Source: Desulfobulbus propionicus DSM 2032 (lineage in GTDB: Bacteria > Desulfobacterota > Desulfobulbia > Desulfobulbales > Desulfobulbaceae). From it: a stretch of DNA of 32,000 bases. Positions 7,461 through 16,914 of this stretch are shown here, in pieces; the first letter of the stretch is position 1; every line of letters begins with the position of its first letter. The position numbers and the translations under genes are program-made. The stretch covers positions 1,320,001-1,352,000 of the forward strand of contig NC_014972.1 of NCBI RefSeq assembly GCF_000186885.1, written 5' to 3'. A model generated the notes under the pieces. The model searched no databases and was not told the DNA's origin. It saw only the letters and a program-made list of their open reading frames with translations.

Positions 7461-7808
7461 ATGGACGCTGAGCTCGACACGGAACGGTTGATCTACCGGG
7501 ACAAAGAGTATGCCTGCGGCATCGACGTCACCCTGGCGGTGGTCGGCGGCAAATGGAAGGCCTCGATCCTCTGGCACCTGGCGGGGGCGACCATGCGTTT
7601 TTCCGACCTGCAGCGCCAGTTCGCCGACACCACCCGCAAAATGCTCACCCAGCAGCTGCGCGAGTTGGAGGCCGACGGTCTGGTTCACCGCGAAGTGTAC
7701 CCGCAGGTACCGCCCAAGGTGGAGTATTCGCTCACCGACAAGGGGCGGAGTATCTTTCCCATCCTGCAACAGATGTGCGAGTGGGGCAAACAGTACCTGC
7801 GCGACTGA
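7461..7808 (+). CDS. HxlR-family winged-helix transcriptional regulator
   Basis: [22 protein letters not shown]...RFSDLQR...[39 protein letters not shown] 7461 is preferred (GGAG 8 nt upstream) over the ORF-track start at 7431. The gene is divergent from the flavoprotein gene across a 171-bp AT-rich spacer that contains TATAAT at 7351-7356. Confidence 0.88.
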   Translation: MDAELDTERLIYRDKEYACGIDVTLAVVGGKWKASILWHLAGATMRFSDLQRQFADTTRKMLTQQLRELEADGLVHREVYPQVPPKVEYSLTDKGRSIFPILQQMCEWGKQYLRD

Positions 7809-7852
7809 TCGCGACAAGGCCCGCCGCTTCCCGATCAACACGGAGACCCACC

Positions 7853-8872
7853 ATGGAACCCCACGAACAACGCCAGCCGGCCAGCCCGCGCGCTCCCTTT
7901 GCCCATCTGACCCCGGAACGCATCCTCCGCGAGGTCGAAACGGCCCTGGGGCGTGACTGCTCCAACCTGTGCCGCTCCTACAACAGCTACATCAACCGGG
8001 TGTTCGAGCTGGCCGATGCGGAGGGCAACGGCTTGGTGGCCAAATTCTACCGCCCGGGCCGCTGGTCGCGCCAGGCCTTGCAGGACGAGCACGACTTTCT
8101 CCTTGAGCTGGCGGCGGAGGAAATCCCGGTCATCGCGCCCCTGCCGCTAAGCGACGGTTCCACCCTCGGTTGCTGCGATCAGACCTTTTTTGCCGTTTTT
8201 CCGCGCAAGGGCGGGCGCTGCGTGGACGAGCTCCTCGACGAGCAATGGCTGGAGGTCGGCCGTCTGCTGGCGCGGGTGCACCAGGTGGGCGAGCGGCGGC
8301 GGCCGCGTGATCGGGTAACCCTGCATCCCGCCGAAACCACTGCGGCCCAGGTGGCGTTGCTGTGCGACAGCGGTCTGATCCCGGTGGATTTGCGTGAAGC
8401 CTACGCCCGGATCGCCACCCAGATCATCGAGCTCGTTCAGCCGCTTTTCGCCCGTGGCGAGGCGATCAGAATCCACGGCGACTGCCATCGGGGTAACCTG
8501 ATCCACCGGCCGGGTGAATCGTTTTTCCTGATCGATTTCGATGACATGGCGGTTGGTCCGCCGGTCCAGGATCTGTGGATGCTGCTGCCCGGCCCCCCGG
8601 AAGAGTGCCCGGTCGAGCTGGACCTGCTGCTGGAGGGCTACGAAACCTTCCGCAGCGTTGACCGTGCCAGCCTTCGCCTGATCGAACCCCTGCGGGCCAT
8701 GCGGTTTGTGCACTACTCGGCCTGGTGCGCCCGTCAGGTGCTCGACGATGGCGCCACCAGCGTGATCCCTGATTTCGGTTCGCGCGGGTATTGGCAGCGG
8801 GAAATCGCCGACCTCCACGATCAGTTGGCGCGAATCAGGGAAGGGCAACATCCGTCGGGCAATGCCCCCTGA
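7853..8872 (+). CDS. srkA: Stress response serine/threonine kinase SrkA (YihE/RdoA family)
   Basis: From MEPHEQ: YNSYINRVFEL...KFYRPGRWS...HDFLLEL...IHGDCHRGNLI...IDFDDMAVGPPVQDLWML...EPLRAMRFVHYSAW, colinear with E. coli YihE as I recall it. The upstream part of ORF 7553.. overlaps the HxlR gene and is rejected. Confidence 0.88.
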   Translation: MEPHEQRQPASPRAPFAHLTPERILREVETALGRDCSNLCRSYNSYINRVFELADAEGNGLVAKFYRPGRWSRQALQDEHDFLLELAAEEIPVIAPLPLSDGSTLGCCDQTFFAVFPRKGGRCVDELLDEQWLEVGRLLARVHQVGERRRPRDRVTLHPAETTAAQVALLCDSGLIPVDLREAYARIATQIIELVQPLFARGEAIRIHGDCHRGNLIHRPGESFFLIDFDDMAVGPPVQDLWMLLPGPPEECPVELDLLLEGYETFRSVDRASLRLIEPLRAMRFVHYSAWCARQVLDDGATSVIPDFGSRGYWQREIADLHDQLARIREGQHPSGNAP

Positions 8873-9060
8873 GCCGGTCGGCGTCCGTCCGAGAAAAATC
8901 TTTCGCAAGCCGCTGGGGTCAGGTACAATTATTTTTTGAATTGACGATCGATCGTCGGCCATGAGGCCAGCGCCGGGCCATGATCGATTCGCCGTGGTTT
9001 TTGATGGGTAGGGCCGGATGCCGGCTTTACCGTTTTCATTTTTTCTTCAGGAGAAGATCC

Positions 9061-9333
9061 ATGAAAAAAATTTGCGTGTTGTTCATGTACGCCGCCGTGG
9101 CTGCTGCCCTGGTCGGCTGTGGTACCGCCACCATTCCCCCCAACTATTCGTCGACCAACCCCGATCTGATGCGCATCGGCGGCGACACGCCGGGCAGCCG
9201 GGAGCCTGAGATCATCAACATGGGGTCCTACTGCCTGCAGGTGACCGAGAAATGGAAGGCCGACGGCAAGACCCCGGATGATCAGATCATCTGGACCAAG
9301 GACAGCTACCGCAAGGCAATTCCCTGCCGGTAA
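9061..9333 (+). CDS. Small lipoprotein, unknown function
   Basis: 90 aa. MKKICVLFMYAAVAAALVGC has a lipobox (LVGC). RBS AGGAGAAG lies upstream, and third-position GC is high, like neighbouring genes. Confidence 0.7.
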   Translation: MKKICVLFMYAAVAAALVGCGTATIPPNYSSTNPDLMRIGGDTPGSREPEIINMGSYCLQVTEKWKADGKTPDDQIIWTKDSYRKAIPCR

Positions 9334-9475
9334 GCGGGCGGCCAATGCTTCAATGCGCAACACAAACGGCTGACTCGCCGCGTACGGATCGTGGGGGACA
9401 GGTCCTGGGGTACAAGGCGTTCGAATAACGTGTTCTCGCCTTTTTCCGTTCGTTTTCTCTGGATGAGGTGCATGC

Positions 9476-9820
9476 ATGATCAAAAAGACAACACTTGTCC
9501 TGATGCTCTGCCTGCTGTTGACACCGTCCGTGGGATACTCGCATCATCACCACGGCGACGCGGCCCTGGCCTGGGGGCTGACCGGTTTGTTCATCGGCTC
9601 GATGCTCACCGCCGCCGCCTACCGGCCGCCGGTGGTCTATGCGGCGCCGCCAGCGGTTTACCGGCCGCCGGTGTATGCCTATGCCCCGAGCGTGCCGCCG
9701 GGCTCCTGCCGCTGGGAGCGCTATGTGCTCGATGGCTACGGTCGCGCCCTGCTCGACCCCTACGGCCGGCCGATCAAGGAATATACCATCGGCCCCTGTG
9801 ACTACCCGCCGCCCTATTGA
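9476..9820 (+). CDS. Small secreted/membrane Pro-Tyr-rich protein, unknown function
   Basis: 114 aa. It has a signal peptide MIKKTTLVLMLCLLLTPSVGYS, then HHHH, a Gly-rich hydrophobic segment and PPVVYAAPPAVYRPPVYAYAP repeats. The Cys-containing C-terminus ends PPPY. RBS GAGGTG lies upstream. Confidence 0.65.
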   Translation: MIKKTTLVLMLCLLLTPSVGYSHHHHGDAALAWGLTGLFIGSMLTAAAYRPPVVYAAPPAVYRPPVYAYAPSVPPGSCRWERYVLDGYGRALLDPYGRPIKEYTIGPCDYPPPY

Positions 9821-9900
9821 GCGGGCGGGGACCGTCTCCCAACCGGCGACCATGTCCGACACGGGTCAGGCCGCCGGTTGCTTCCTCCCAAAACGGGTCA

Positions 9901-11058
9901 TCAGAGCGCCGCTTCCAGTATCTTGCGGCTTTCGGCCAAGGTAATCTCCCGTTTTTCCCCCAGCGCGGTCAGGCCGTGCGCTTCCAAGGCGTTGAGAACA
10001 TCATCGATCCGCTCCGCGCCCACGCCGTAAGCGCCAAGCCGGGTGGCGACCCCCAACCTCTCGAAAAAGGTTTCGGTCTTGGCAATGGCCGCATCGATCC
10101 GCTCTTCCTCGCTCCCTTCCCGCAGATCCCAGACCCGCTCGGCGAATTGCAGCAGCTTGGCCCGTTTCTGTTCCCGGCGCACCTTCCATACCGCCGGCTG
10201 GACAAGGGCGAGCGTCTTGGCGTGGTCGAGGCCGAACAGGGCGGTGAGTTCGTGACCGATCATGTGGGTGGTCCAGTCCTGGGGCACGCCGGCGCCGATC
10301 AGGCCGTTGAGCGCGTTGGTGGCGCACCACATCAGGTTGGCCCGGGCGTCGTAGTCGGTGGGGTTGTCCAAGGTGGCCGCGCCGATCTCGATCAGGGTGC
10401 GGAGGATGCCCTCGGCGGTGCGGTCCTGGAAGCGGCCCTCGGCCGGCAGGGTGACATACTGCTCCACGGTGTGGATGAAGGTGTCGATAACCCCGTTGGC
10501 CACCTGCGTGGGCGGCAGGGTAAAGGTGAGGGTGGGGTCGAGGATGGAGAACTGGGGAAAGACCAGCGGATGGAAGAAGACGTACTTGCCGCTCTGATGG
10601 CTGATCACCCCGCCCGAATTCATTTCCGAGCCGGTTGCCGGCAGGGTGACCACCGTGCCCAGGGGAACGGCGGAAACGAGTTGCGCCGGTTTGACCCTGC
10701 CCAGGAGAATATCCTCGGCCTTGCCCTCGAAGCGGGAGGCCAGGGCGATGAACTTGGTGCCGTCCATGACCGAGCCGCCGCCGACGGCGAGCAAAAAGTC
10801 GATCTGTTCACCGCGCACCACTTCCACCGCCCGCATCAAGGTGGGGAAACGGGGGTTGGGCTCGATGCCGCCGAACTCGATCACCGCGCGGCTGCCCAGA
10901 GCCTGGCGCACCTTGTCCAGGGTGCCGAATTGCTTGACGCTGCCGCCGCCGTACAGCACCAACACCTTGGCTCCGTCCGGCAGCAAGCGGTTGAGTTCCT
11001 TGATCCGGTCCCTGCCGAAAACGATCCGTGTCGGGTTGTGGAATTCGAAGTTGAACAT
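9901..11058 (-). CDS. Iron-containing (group III) alcohol dehydrogenase, YqhD/butanol-DH-like
   Basis: From MFNFEFHNPTRIVFG...VLVLYGGGSVK...AVGGGSVMDGTKF...LPATGSEMN...HMIGHELT. ATG 11058 follows GGAGACACC. The 18-aa N-terminal extension in the ORF track is rejected. Confidence 0.9.
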   Translation of the reverse strand: MFNFEFHNPTRIVFGRDRIKELNRLLPDGAKVLVLYGGGSVKQFGTLDKVRQALGSRAVIEFGGIEPNPRFPTLMRAVEVVRGEQIDFLLAVGGGSVMDGTKFIALASRFEGKAEDILLGRVKPAQLVSAVPLGTVVTLPATGSEMNSGGVISHQSGKYVFFHPLVFPQFSILDPTLTFTLPPTQVANGVIDTFIHTVEQYVTLPAEGRFQDRTAEGILRTLIEIGAATLDNPTDYDARANLMWCATNALNGLIGAGVPQDWTTHMIGHELTALFGLDHAKTLALVQPAVWKVRREQKRAKLLQFAERVWDLREGSEEERIDAAIAKTETFFERLGVATRLGAYGVGAERIDDVLNALEAHGLTALGEKREITLAESRKILEAAL

Positions 11059-11301
11059 AGAGGTGTCTCCTTGGAAGAATGATTGACCGGCTGCCGGTGC
11101 CAGGGGTCGCACCGGCCCTTTGCCTAGAAAAATGCCCTCACCCTAACCATTGCCAGGTGGGCGGGCAAGGAGCGGCGGTGCGGCGCGCGCAGTTTCCCGC
11201 CAGGGTTTTGGGTGGCTGAAGTGGAGCGCCGGGTTGCCGAAACGTGCCCTGTTGGATAGGATGATGCCCAGAAAGAAGACCCTCAACCGATCAGGAGGCC
11301 G

Positions 11302-12147
11302 ATGCCCATGCAGTCCCATCACCTTGTCGCCTATTTTTCACCCGCCGGATCGACCCGGCTGGTGGCCGAAACCATCCGCCTTCGTCTGGCCCATCACGGC
11401 CATGCGGCCACGATGATCGATCTGGGCAAGCGGAACGTCCCGCTCCGGGAAAAGCTGGCGCCCCTAGTCGGCAAGCCCTGCTGCCTGTGGATCGGTTCCC
11501 CGGTCTACTGCGACCATGCGGTTCCGGTGGTGAGTGATTTCCTGGCCGGCCTGCCGTCCGGTCTGGGCGGTCATGGCGTTGCCTTTGTCACCTGGGGCGG
11601 CGTGACCAGCGGCCTGGCCTTGCCCGAACTGGCACAACAGCTGCGGGCAAAGGGGTTCATACCCGTGGCCGCGGCCAAGGTACTGGCCGTGCATTCGTCC
11701 CTGTGGCAATCGCCACGGCCGCTGGGCATGGGCCATCCAAACGGCGGCGATCTGGCCCTGGTCGAGCGGATGGTGGAGGCGGTGGTGAACAATCTGGCCA
11801 ACGGTTCCGTCCAGCCATTGGCACAATCGGCCCTGGAATACCTCTCGCCCGCGCTGCGCGCCGATGCCGCCGGCAAGAGTCTGGCCCTGGCCAAGGCGTC
11901 CATGCCGCCGCTCGCGGCCGATGAACAGCGGTGCAGCCGTTGCGGGGAGTGCGCCCTGGCCTGTCCGGTGGCCGCCATTGTTCTTGACCCTTTTCCGCGC
12001 ATCGGAGCAGCCTGCGTGGTGTGCATGCAGTGCGTCCGCGTCTGTCCGGAAGAAGCCTTTCCCTACAATGCCCAGGCCGTGGCCGAACGCATTGCGGCCA
12101 TGGCCGCGCGCAGCGATGAGGCCAAGGAAACGGCGGTCTTTTATTGA
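11302..12147 (+). CDS. Flavodoxin-like domain fused to a 2x[4Fe-4S] ferredoxin domain (EFR1-like)
   Basis: LVAYFSPAGSTRLVAE is a flavodoxin-like N-terminus. The C-terminus carries CSRCGECALACP and CVVCMQCVRVCP cluster motifs. The second ATG at 11308 is better spaced from AGGAGG. The 3' end overlaps the convergent kinase gene by 7 bp. Confidence 0.85.
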   Translation: MPMQSHHLVAYFSPAGSTRLVAETIRLRLAHHGHAATMIDLGKRNVPLREKLAPLVGKPCCLWIGSPVYCDHAVPVVSDFLAGLPSGLGGHGVAFVTWGGVTSGLALPELAQQLRAKGFIPVAAAKVLAVHSSLWQSPRPLGMGHPNGGDLALVERMVEAVVNNLANGSVQPLAQSALEYLSPALRADAAGKSLALAKASMPPLAADEQRCSRCGECALACPVAAIVLDPFPRIGAACVVCMQCVRVCPEEAFPYNAQAVAERIAAMAARSDEAKETAVFY

Positions 12148-15100
12148 AGCAGGTCCGACAGTCCCTGTTTGAGCGCTTCGAGACGCTCGGCAAAAGGCAG
12201 GTCGCGGCCCTGCTTGGCACCGTCGTGGATCTCCTGGGCTTTGTCCGCCCAGTGGTCAAGCCCGCATTGCAACAAGGTTCCCTTGAGAGTATGGGCGCAT
12301 CTGGCCAAGGCGGCCAGGTCGTCCTGTTCGATCGCCGCCGCTGCCTGGGCGAGGGTGCCGGTGATGCTTGACCGGGCCGCCTCCAGGATGCGTTCGATCT
12401 GCTCCGCTTCCAGCAGTGTGGCGTGCTGCAGGGCGTCGCGCACTGTTTGCCTGGATGGCCGAGGCGGTGCAGCCACCCCGGTGGCTGGGGGGCGCGCGGT
12501 CGATGGCGCCGGTGCTTCCGTGCGGGGAGCGGAAGGCCTGTCGAATGGACCCAGTACCTCGAGCAGCTGGCCGGGCTGAAAAGGTTTGGTGATGTAGGTG
12601 TCCATGCCGGCGGCCAGGCACATCTCACGGTCGCCGCCCATGGCGTGGGCGGTCATGGCCACGATGGTCAGATGACGCCCCTTGAGATTGGCGGCCAGCG
12701 GGTCGCTGATTTCCGGCGGCAGTTCGATGGCCAGCGGCCGCTGCTGTTCGATGGCCCGGATCGCGGTTGTGGCGGCCAGGCCGTCCAATACCGGCATCTG
12801 CACATCCATCAGCACCACGTCGTAGCGGTTCAGCGCCAGGGCGCGCAAGGCCTCCAGGCCGTTGCCGGCGGTATTGACCCGATGTTCCCCCTCCAGCAGC
12901 ATGCTGGCCACATCCCGATTAACCTCGTTGTCATCCACCACCAAGATGCGCAGGCCGGTGCGTTTCGCGGCCGCCGCTTCCCGGTCCGCGCCATCGGCCG
13001 GCAGCGGTTGATCACAGACCGGCAGGGGCACGAGGACGTGGAAGGCGCTGCCCTGGTTGATCCGGCTTTCCACCCAGATTTTCCCGCCCATCAGGGTCAC
13101 CAACTGCTTGCAGATGGACAATCCCAGGCCGGTGCCGCCATATTGCCGGACATAGGAGTTGTCGGCCTGTTCAAAACTGTTGAAAATCAAGGCGCGTTTT
13201 TCCTCGGCAATGCCGATGCCGGTATCGATGACCGTGAAATGGATCAGCGGTTCGCTGCCCCCGCTCGATGGCTGCTCCTGGGTGATGCGCAGGGTGATTG
13301 ATCCGGCGGCGGTGAATTTGATCGCGTTGCCGACCAGATTGAGCAGGATCTGCCGCAGCCGCAGGTCATCGCCGACCAGACAGGGCGGCAGATTGGGGGC
13401 GATATCCATCGCCAGCCGCAATCCCTTTTCCCCGGCCGGCATCTGCAGGGTGGCCATCACCTCCTCAAGCAGCTGACGCGGCGAAAAAGGGGCCGTGCTC
13501 AACTTCAGCTGGCCGGCCTCCATCTTGGAAAAATCGAGGATGTCGTTGAGCAGTCCCAGCAGGCTTTCGGCCGAATGGCGCACCGTGTCCAGGAAACGCC
13601 CGCGCTTGTCGTCGTCCCGGGTCTGCATGGCCAGATGGGTCATGCCGATGATAGCGTTCATCGGCGTGCGGATCTCATGGCTCATGTTGGCCAGGAACTG
13701 CGATTTGGCCCGACTGGCCGACTCCGCCTCCCGCGCCAGCCGCTCGGCACGGACAATGGCGGCCTCCAGTTGCCGGTTGGCCTCGCGCACGCTTTCCTCG
13801 GCCTGTTTGCGTTCGCGGATATCGACAAAGCATTCCAGCAGCTTGCGGCGGCCCTTGATGGTGATCATCCGGACCGTCTTCAGCACCGGCAAGGTGGTGC
13901 CGTCGGCGCGGAGCATCAGCCGGTCCGAATTGTCGACCGCCAATCCCCGGTCGATGATCGGGCAGGAAAGCTCATCCTGGGGGCAGAGGAAATGGTGGCA
14001 TTCTCTGCCGATGATCGTTTCGCGGTCGGCGCCGAACAGGGAGGCGGCCAGCGGGTTGACCTCCTCGATGATCCGGCTTTCGCCGTCGATGATCGCCAGG
14101 CCGATGGGCAGGCTCTCGATCAGGGTGCGCTGGATGCGTTCGTTTTCCCGCAGTTCCGCCTCCATCCGCATCCGGTCGGTGATGTCCTCCTTGATGGCGA
14201 TGAAATGGGTGATCGTGCCTTGTTCGTTGCGGATCGGGGAAATGGAGACAGCCTCCCAGTAGAGGGTGCCGTCCTTGCGCTTGTTGTGCAGTTCGCCCTT
14301 CCATTCGAGACCGGCGGTGATGGTCTGCCACAGCTCTTTATAGATTTCCTCGGGCATCATGCCGGACTTGAGGATTCGGGGATTCTGCCCCAGGGCCTCC
14401 TCGACGCTGAAGCCCGATTTCTGCACGAACTTCTGATTGACGTACTCGATGGTGCCGTCGCTGTCGGTGATCACCACGCTGGCCGGACTCTGTTCCACGG
14501 CGGTCATCAGCTTGCGGCCGTTTTCCTCGCTTTGCAGCAGGGCCGCCTCGGTATGCTTGCGTTCGGTGATATCACGGAAGGCGGTCACCGAGCCGACCAC
14601 GGTACCCTGCTGAAAAATGGGACGGCTGGCGATCTCCATGAGCAGCAGCTCTCCGTTCTTGCAGAGGAAATACTCTTCGCCATCGTATCCTTGGCCGCTA
14701 TGGTGCACGGTCTGGAAAAAGGGGCACGCTTCCTTGGGCACGGCGCCGTTGCCGCCATGCCGATGGAACAGGTCATGGGCCACCTGGCCGAGCAATTCGT
14801 CCGCGTCGTAGCCGAGCAGCTGGCAGGCGGCCGGGTTGACCCGGGTGATCACCCCGTCCCGGTTCTGCATATAGATGCCTTCGGCCAGGGCGTTGTTCAT
14901 GGCGCTGAGATTGCGCCGTTCTTCGTCCAGGGCCTGACTGCGGCGGCGCAGACGCCAGAGCAGGGCGAAGACCAGGCAGCACACGGCGATGGTATAGAGC
15001 AGAAGGATATAAAATTCCTGCTGAAATTTGCCAATGATCGGATCAGGGGCGTAGGTGAGCAGATACCCCGACAGACGGCCGGTGACGTCATGAAGCGGCA

Positions 15101-15989
15101 GCAGGGAGACCGTATGGGTGGTTGCGTCAAGTACGACGGCGAGGGTCAGCGGCTGGCCGGCGTGCATGGCCTGGTGCACGTCCTTTCTCTTGCCGAGCAG
15201 GGCATTGATGGCCTTGGCGGTGGCGGAAAGCGGGGCCGGGCTGTCGGGCAGCACGGCGTTGGCGTCTTCCACCAGGTAGTCGTCATGGATGGTTGCCGGG
15301 CTGTACAGCCAACGCTGCTCGGGAAAGAGATAGGTGTCGAGCAGCCGTTTGTTGAGCACATAGGCGTATTCCCGTTCCGGTCCAAGTTCGCGCAGGGCGT
15401 CGATGATCGATTTGAAGGTGACGCTGACCTCGACGCTGCCAAGATGGCGGCCACCCTGGGCCAAGGGGAAGACATAGCGAAAACCGGAGCGGATCTTGCC
15501 GATTTCCAATCCCTGGATGACCCGCTTTTCGGTGTTGCACAGCCGCACGCTGGGCCGGGCCTCGAACAGGGGGTCGCCGTGGCGCTCGGGTTGAAAAAAG
15601 CGCAGATAGCTGGTGCCGTCGGCCAGGTGGAAGTGGAGTTGGAACAGGTTCTGGCGCCGCATCGCCTCGTAGGCGCCAAAGAGGTGGCGATAAAGCCTGC
15701 CCCTGGCCAGATCGCGCTGGAGCCCCTGGCTGTTCACCCCCTGGGCGAATAGGTCAAGCGTTTGGGGGGTGTTGAGGGCGTTGTGGTAAAAGCTCTCCAT
15801 GGCCAGGCGGTAGGACTGGATGCTGGCGCGGTAGGCGGTGTCGAGAATGGCCTGGTGCTCGGAAAAATGGCTTTTTTCCTTGTTGAGTTTGTTGGAGTGC
15901 AGGAACAGGCCAAGGCTCAGGGTGCAGAGCACGGTGATGACGAGAAACCCGAGGGGGCCCTGGTGCGTGATGGAAACGGAGCGGTTCAT
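12141..15989 (-). CDS. Hybrid sensor histidine kinase (periplasmic Cache-like sensor, TM, several PAS, HisKA, HATPase, REC, HPt)
   Basis: 1282 aa. Two TM segments flank a ~300-aa extracytoplasmic domain. PAS repeats follow, then H-box SHEIRTPMN, N/G boxes NLVGNAIKFT, DTGIGI and GGTGLGLSI, REC (VVDDNEVN...LMDVQMP) and HPt (AHTLKGT). Confidence 0.93.
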   Translation of the reverse strand: MNRSVSITHQGPLGFLVITVLCTLSLGLFLHSNKLNKEKSHFSEHQAILDTAYRASIQSYRLAMESFYHNALNTPQTLDLFAQGVNSQGLQRDLARGRLYRHLFGAYEAMRRQNLFQLHFHLADGTSYLRFFQPERHGDPLFEARPSVRLCNTEKRVIQGLEIGKIRSGFRYVFPLAQGGRHLGSVEVSVTFKSIIDALRELGPEREYAYVLNKRLLDTYLFPEQRWLYSPATIHDDYLVEDANAVLPDSPAPLSATAKAINALLGKRKDVHQAMHAGQPLTLAVVLDATTHTVSLLPLHDVTGRLSGYLLTYAPDPIIGKFQQEFYILLLYTIAVCCLVFALLWRLRRRSQALDEERRNLSAMNNALAEGIYMQNRDGVITRVNPAACQLLGYDADELLGQVAHDLFHRHGGNGAVPKEACPFFQTVHHSGQGYDGEEYFLCKNGELLLMEIASRPIFQQGTVVGSVTAFRDITERKHTEAALLQSEENGRKLMTAVEQSPASVVITDSDGTIEYVNQKFVQKSGFSVEEALGQNPRILKSGMMPEEIYKELWQTITAGLEWKGELHNKRKDGTLYWEAVSISPIRNEQGTITHFIAIKEDITDRMRMEAELRENERIQRTLIESLPIGLAIIDGESRIIEEVNPLAASLFGADRETIIGRECHHFLCPQDELSCPIIDRGLAVDNSDRLMLRADGTTLPVLKTVRMITIKGRRKLLECFVDIRERKQAEESVREANRQLEAAIVRAERLAREAESASRAKSQFLANMSHEIRTPMNAIIGMTHLAMQTRDDDKRGRFLDTVRHSAESLLGLLNDILDFSKMEAGQLKLSTAPFSPRQLLEEVMATLQMPAGEKGLRLAMDIAPNLPPCLVGDDLRLRQILLNLVGNAIKFTAAGSITLRITQEQPSSGGSEPLIHFTVIDTGIGIAEEKRALIFNSFEQADNSYVRQYGGTGLGLSICKQLVTLMGGKIWVESRINQGSAFHVLVPLPVCDQPLPADGADREAAAAKRTGLRILVVDDNEVNRDVASMLLEGEHRVNTAGNGLEALRALALNRYDVVLMDVQMPVLDGLAATTAIRAIEQQRPLAIELPPEISDPLAANLKGRHLTIVAMTAHAMGGDREMCLAAGMDTYITKPFQPGQLLEVLGPFDRPSAPRTEAPAPSTARPPATGVAAPPRPSRQTVRDALQHATLLEAEQIERILEAARSSITGTLAQAAAAIEQDDLAALARCAHTLKGTLLQCGLDHWADKAQEIHDGAKQGRDLPFAERLEALKQGLSDLLQ

Positions 15990-16912
15990 TGCTTGCTGCT
16001 GGTCGGTATGTGCAGATTGCCCTTGTAGAGGCGGACCGGGTCAAAATCACGGTCCGAGGCGGCCACCGCGCCAAAACGAAGGGACTCGCCCCACGAGGCG
16101 AGCATTTCCTTGTCCGCGCCATTCGGATCCAATTGGGTGAGAGCCGTGCGAAGAGCCTCCATGGTCTGTGCCGGCAAGGTGGCCCGATTGGCGATCAGGG
16201 CAAAGGCGGGAAAGGGCGGCGTTTCCGCCAGGATGGCTATGCCGAGATGAGCATATTTTCGGCCGATGGCCGTCTTGACGCCGCCGGCATCGAACTCTCC
16301 TCGGACCACGGCCAGGGCCACGGCATCATGCTTGTCCAGATAGCGGTAGCTGTTGTTCTCCAGGCTGCCGCCATGCTGCCGCAGCAGGCCGTTGACCGCC
16401 AGATAGCCGCAGGTGGACAGCGGCTGGGTGAGAGCGATCCGGCGATGGGTCAGGTTGTCGAGCGGCAACGGCGTGTCGGCCAGGCTGATCAGGGCGCAGG
16501 TGTACATCGGCTGGCCCGATGCCTCGTTGAAATGAACCAGCGGCTCGGCCTGCGGCGCTTGGGCCCGCAGTTCGACATAGGGCAAAGGTCCCAGATAGGC
16601 GAGATCGATGGTGCCCGCCTTGAATTTTTTCAGGATCTGGGCGTAGTCCTCGGAGAAGTCAAATTCGATGGTTACCCCGAGCTGCTTTTGCAGAAAAGCC
16701 ACCATGGGCCGGAATTGGACAACCATGGCTTCGCGGTTTTCCATGGGCAGGGGGGCAAAGCGCAGGCTTTTCGTCTCGGCGGCCAGCGTGGGGCAAAGCG
16801 CTGCCAGGACGATGGCGAACAGGAGCGAGGCGGCCGCGAGCCGTCGCCGGACCTTTGCCGGATGGTTGCAGACGCGGCTGCGCAGGAAATGAAGGAGGTT
16901 TCGGCAGGCCAT
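15986..16912 (-). CDS. PhnD-like (phosphate/phosphonate-type) periplasmic substrate-binding protein
   Basis: From MACRNLL, with a signal-like LLFAIVLAALCPTLAAE, then LRFAPLPMENREAMVVQFRPMVAFLQKQLGVTIEF...AGTIDLAYLGPLPYV. Its stop overlaps the kinase start (ATGA). ATG 16912 lies 2 nt after the LysE stop. The longer track ORF overlaps LysE and is rejected. Confidence 0.85.
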   Translation of the reverse strand: MACRNLLHFLRSRVCNHPAKVRRRLAAASLLFAIVLAALCPTLAAETKSLRFAPLPMENREAMVVQFRPMVAFLQKQLGVTIEFDFSEDYAQILKKFKAGTIDLAYLGPLPYVELRAQAPQAEPLVHFNEASGQPMYTCALISLADTPLPLDNLTHRRIALTQPLSTCGYLAVNGLLRQHGGSLENNSYRYLDKHDAVALAVVRGEFDAGGVKTAIGRKYAHLGIAILAETPPFPAFALIANRATLPAQTMEALRTALTQLDPNGADKEMLASWGESLRFGAVAASDRDFDPVRLYKGNLHIPTSSKQ

Positions 16913-16914
16913 GT

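Noticed and set aside
11160-11215. Sigma-54-like promoter strings near the ADH / ferredoxin divergent region (GGGCACGTTTCGGCAA; TGGCACCGGCAGCC at ~11085-11100). A similar string (GGCACCGGGCAGC) lies upstream of hsp20 at ~28250-28265.
   Set aside because: In each case the GG-to-GC spacing is off by one or more from TGGCAC-N5-TTGC. They are not reported as promoters.
13575-15752. 725-aa + strand ORF, with 12423-13301 and 13495-14262 alongside
   Set aside because: It mirrors the well-supported hybrid kinase gene and has a Gly/Ala/Asp/Gln-biased composition with no domain signatures.
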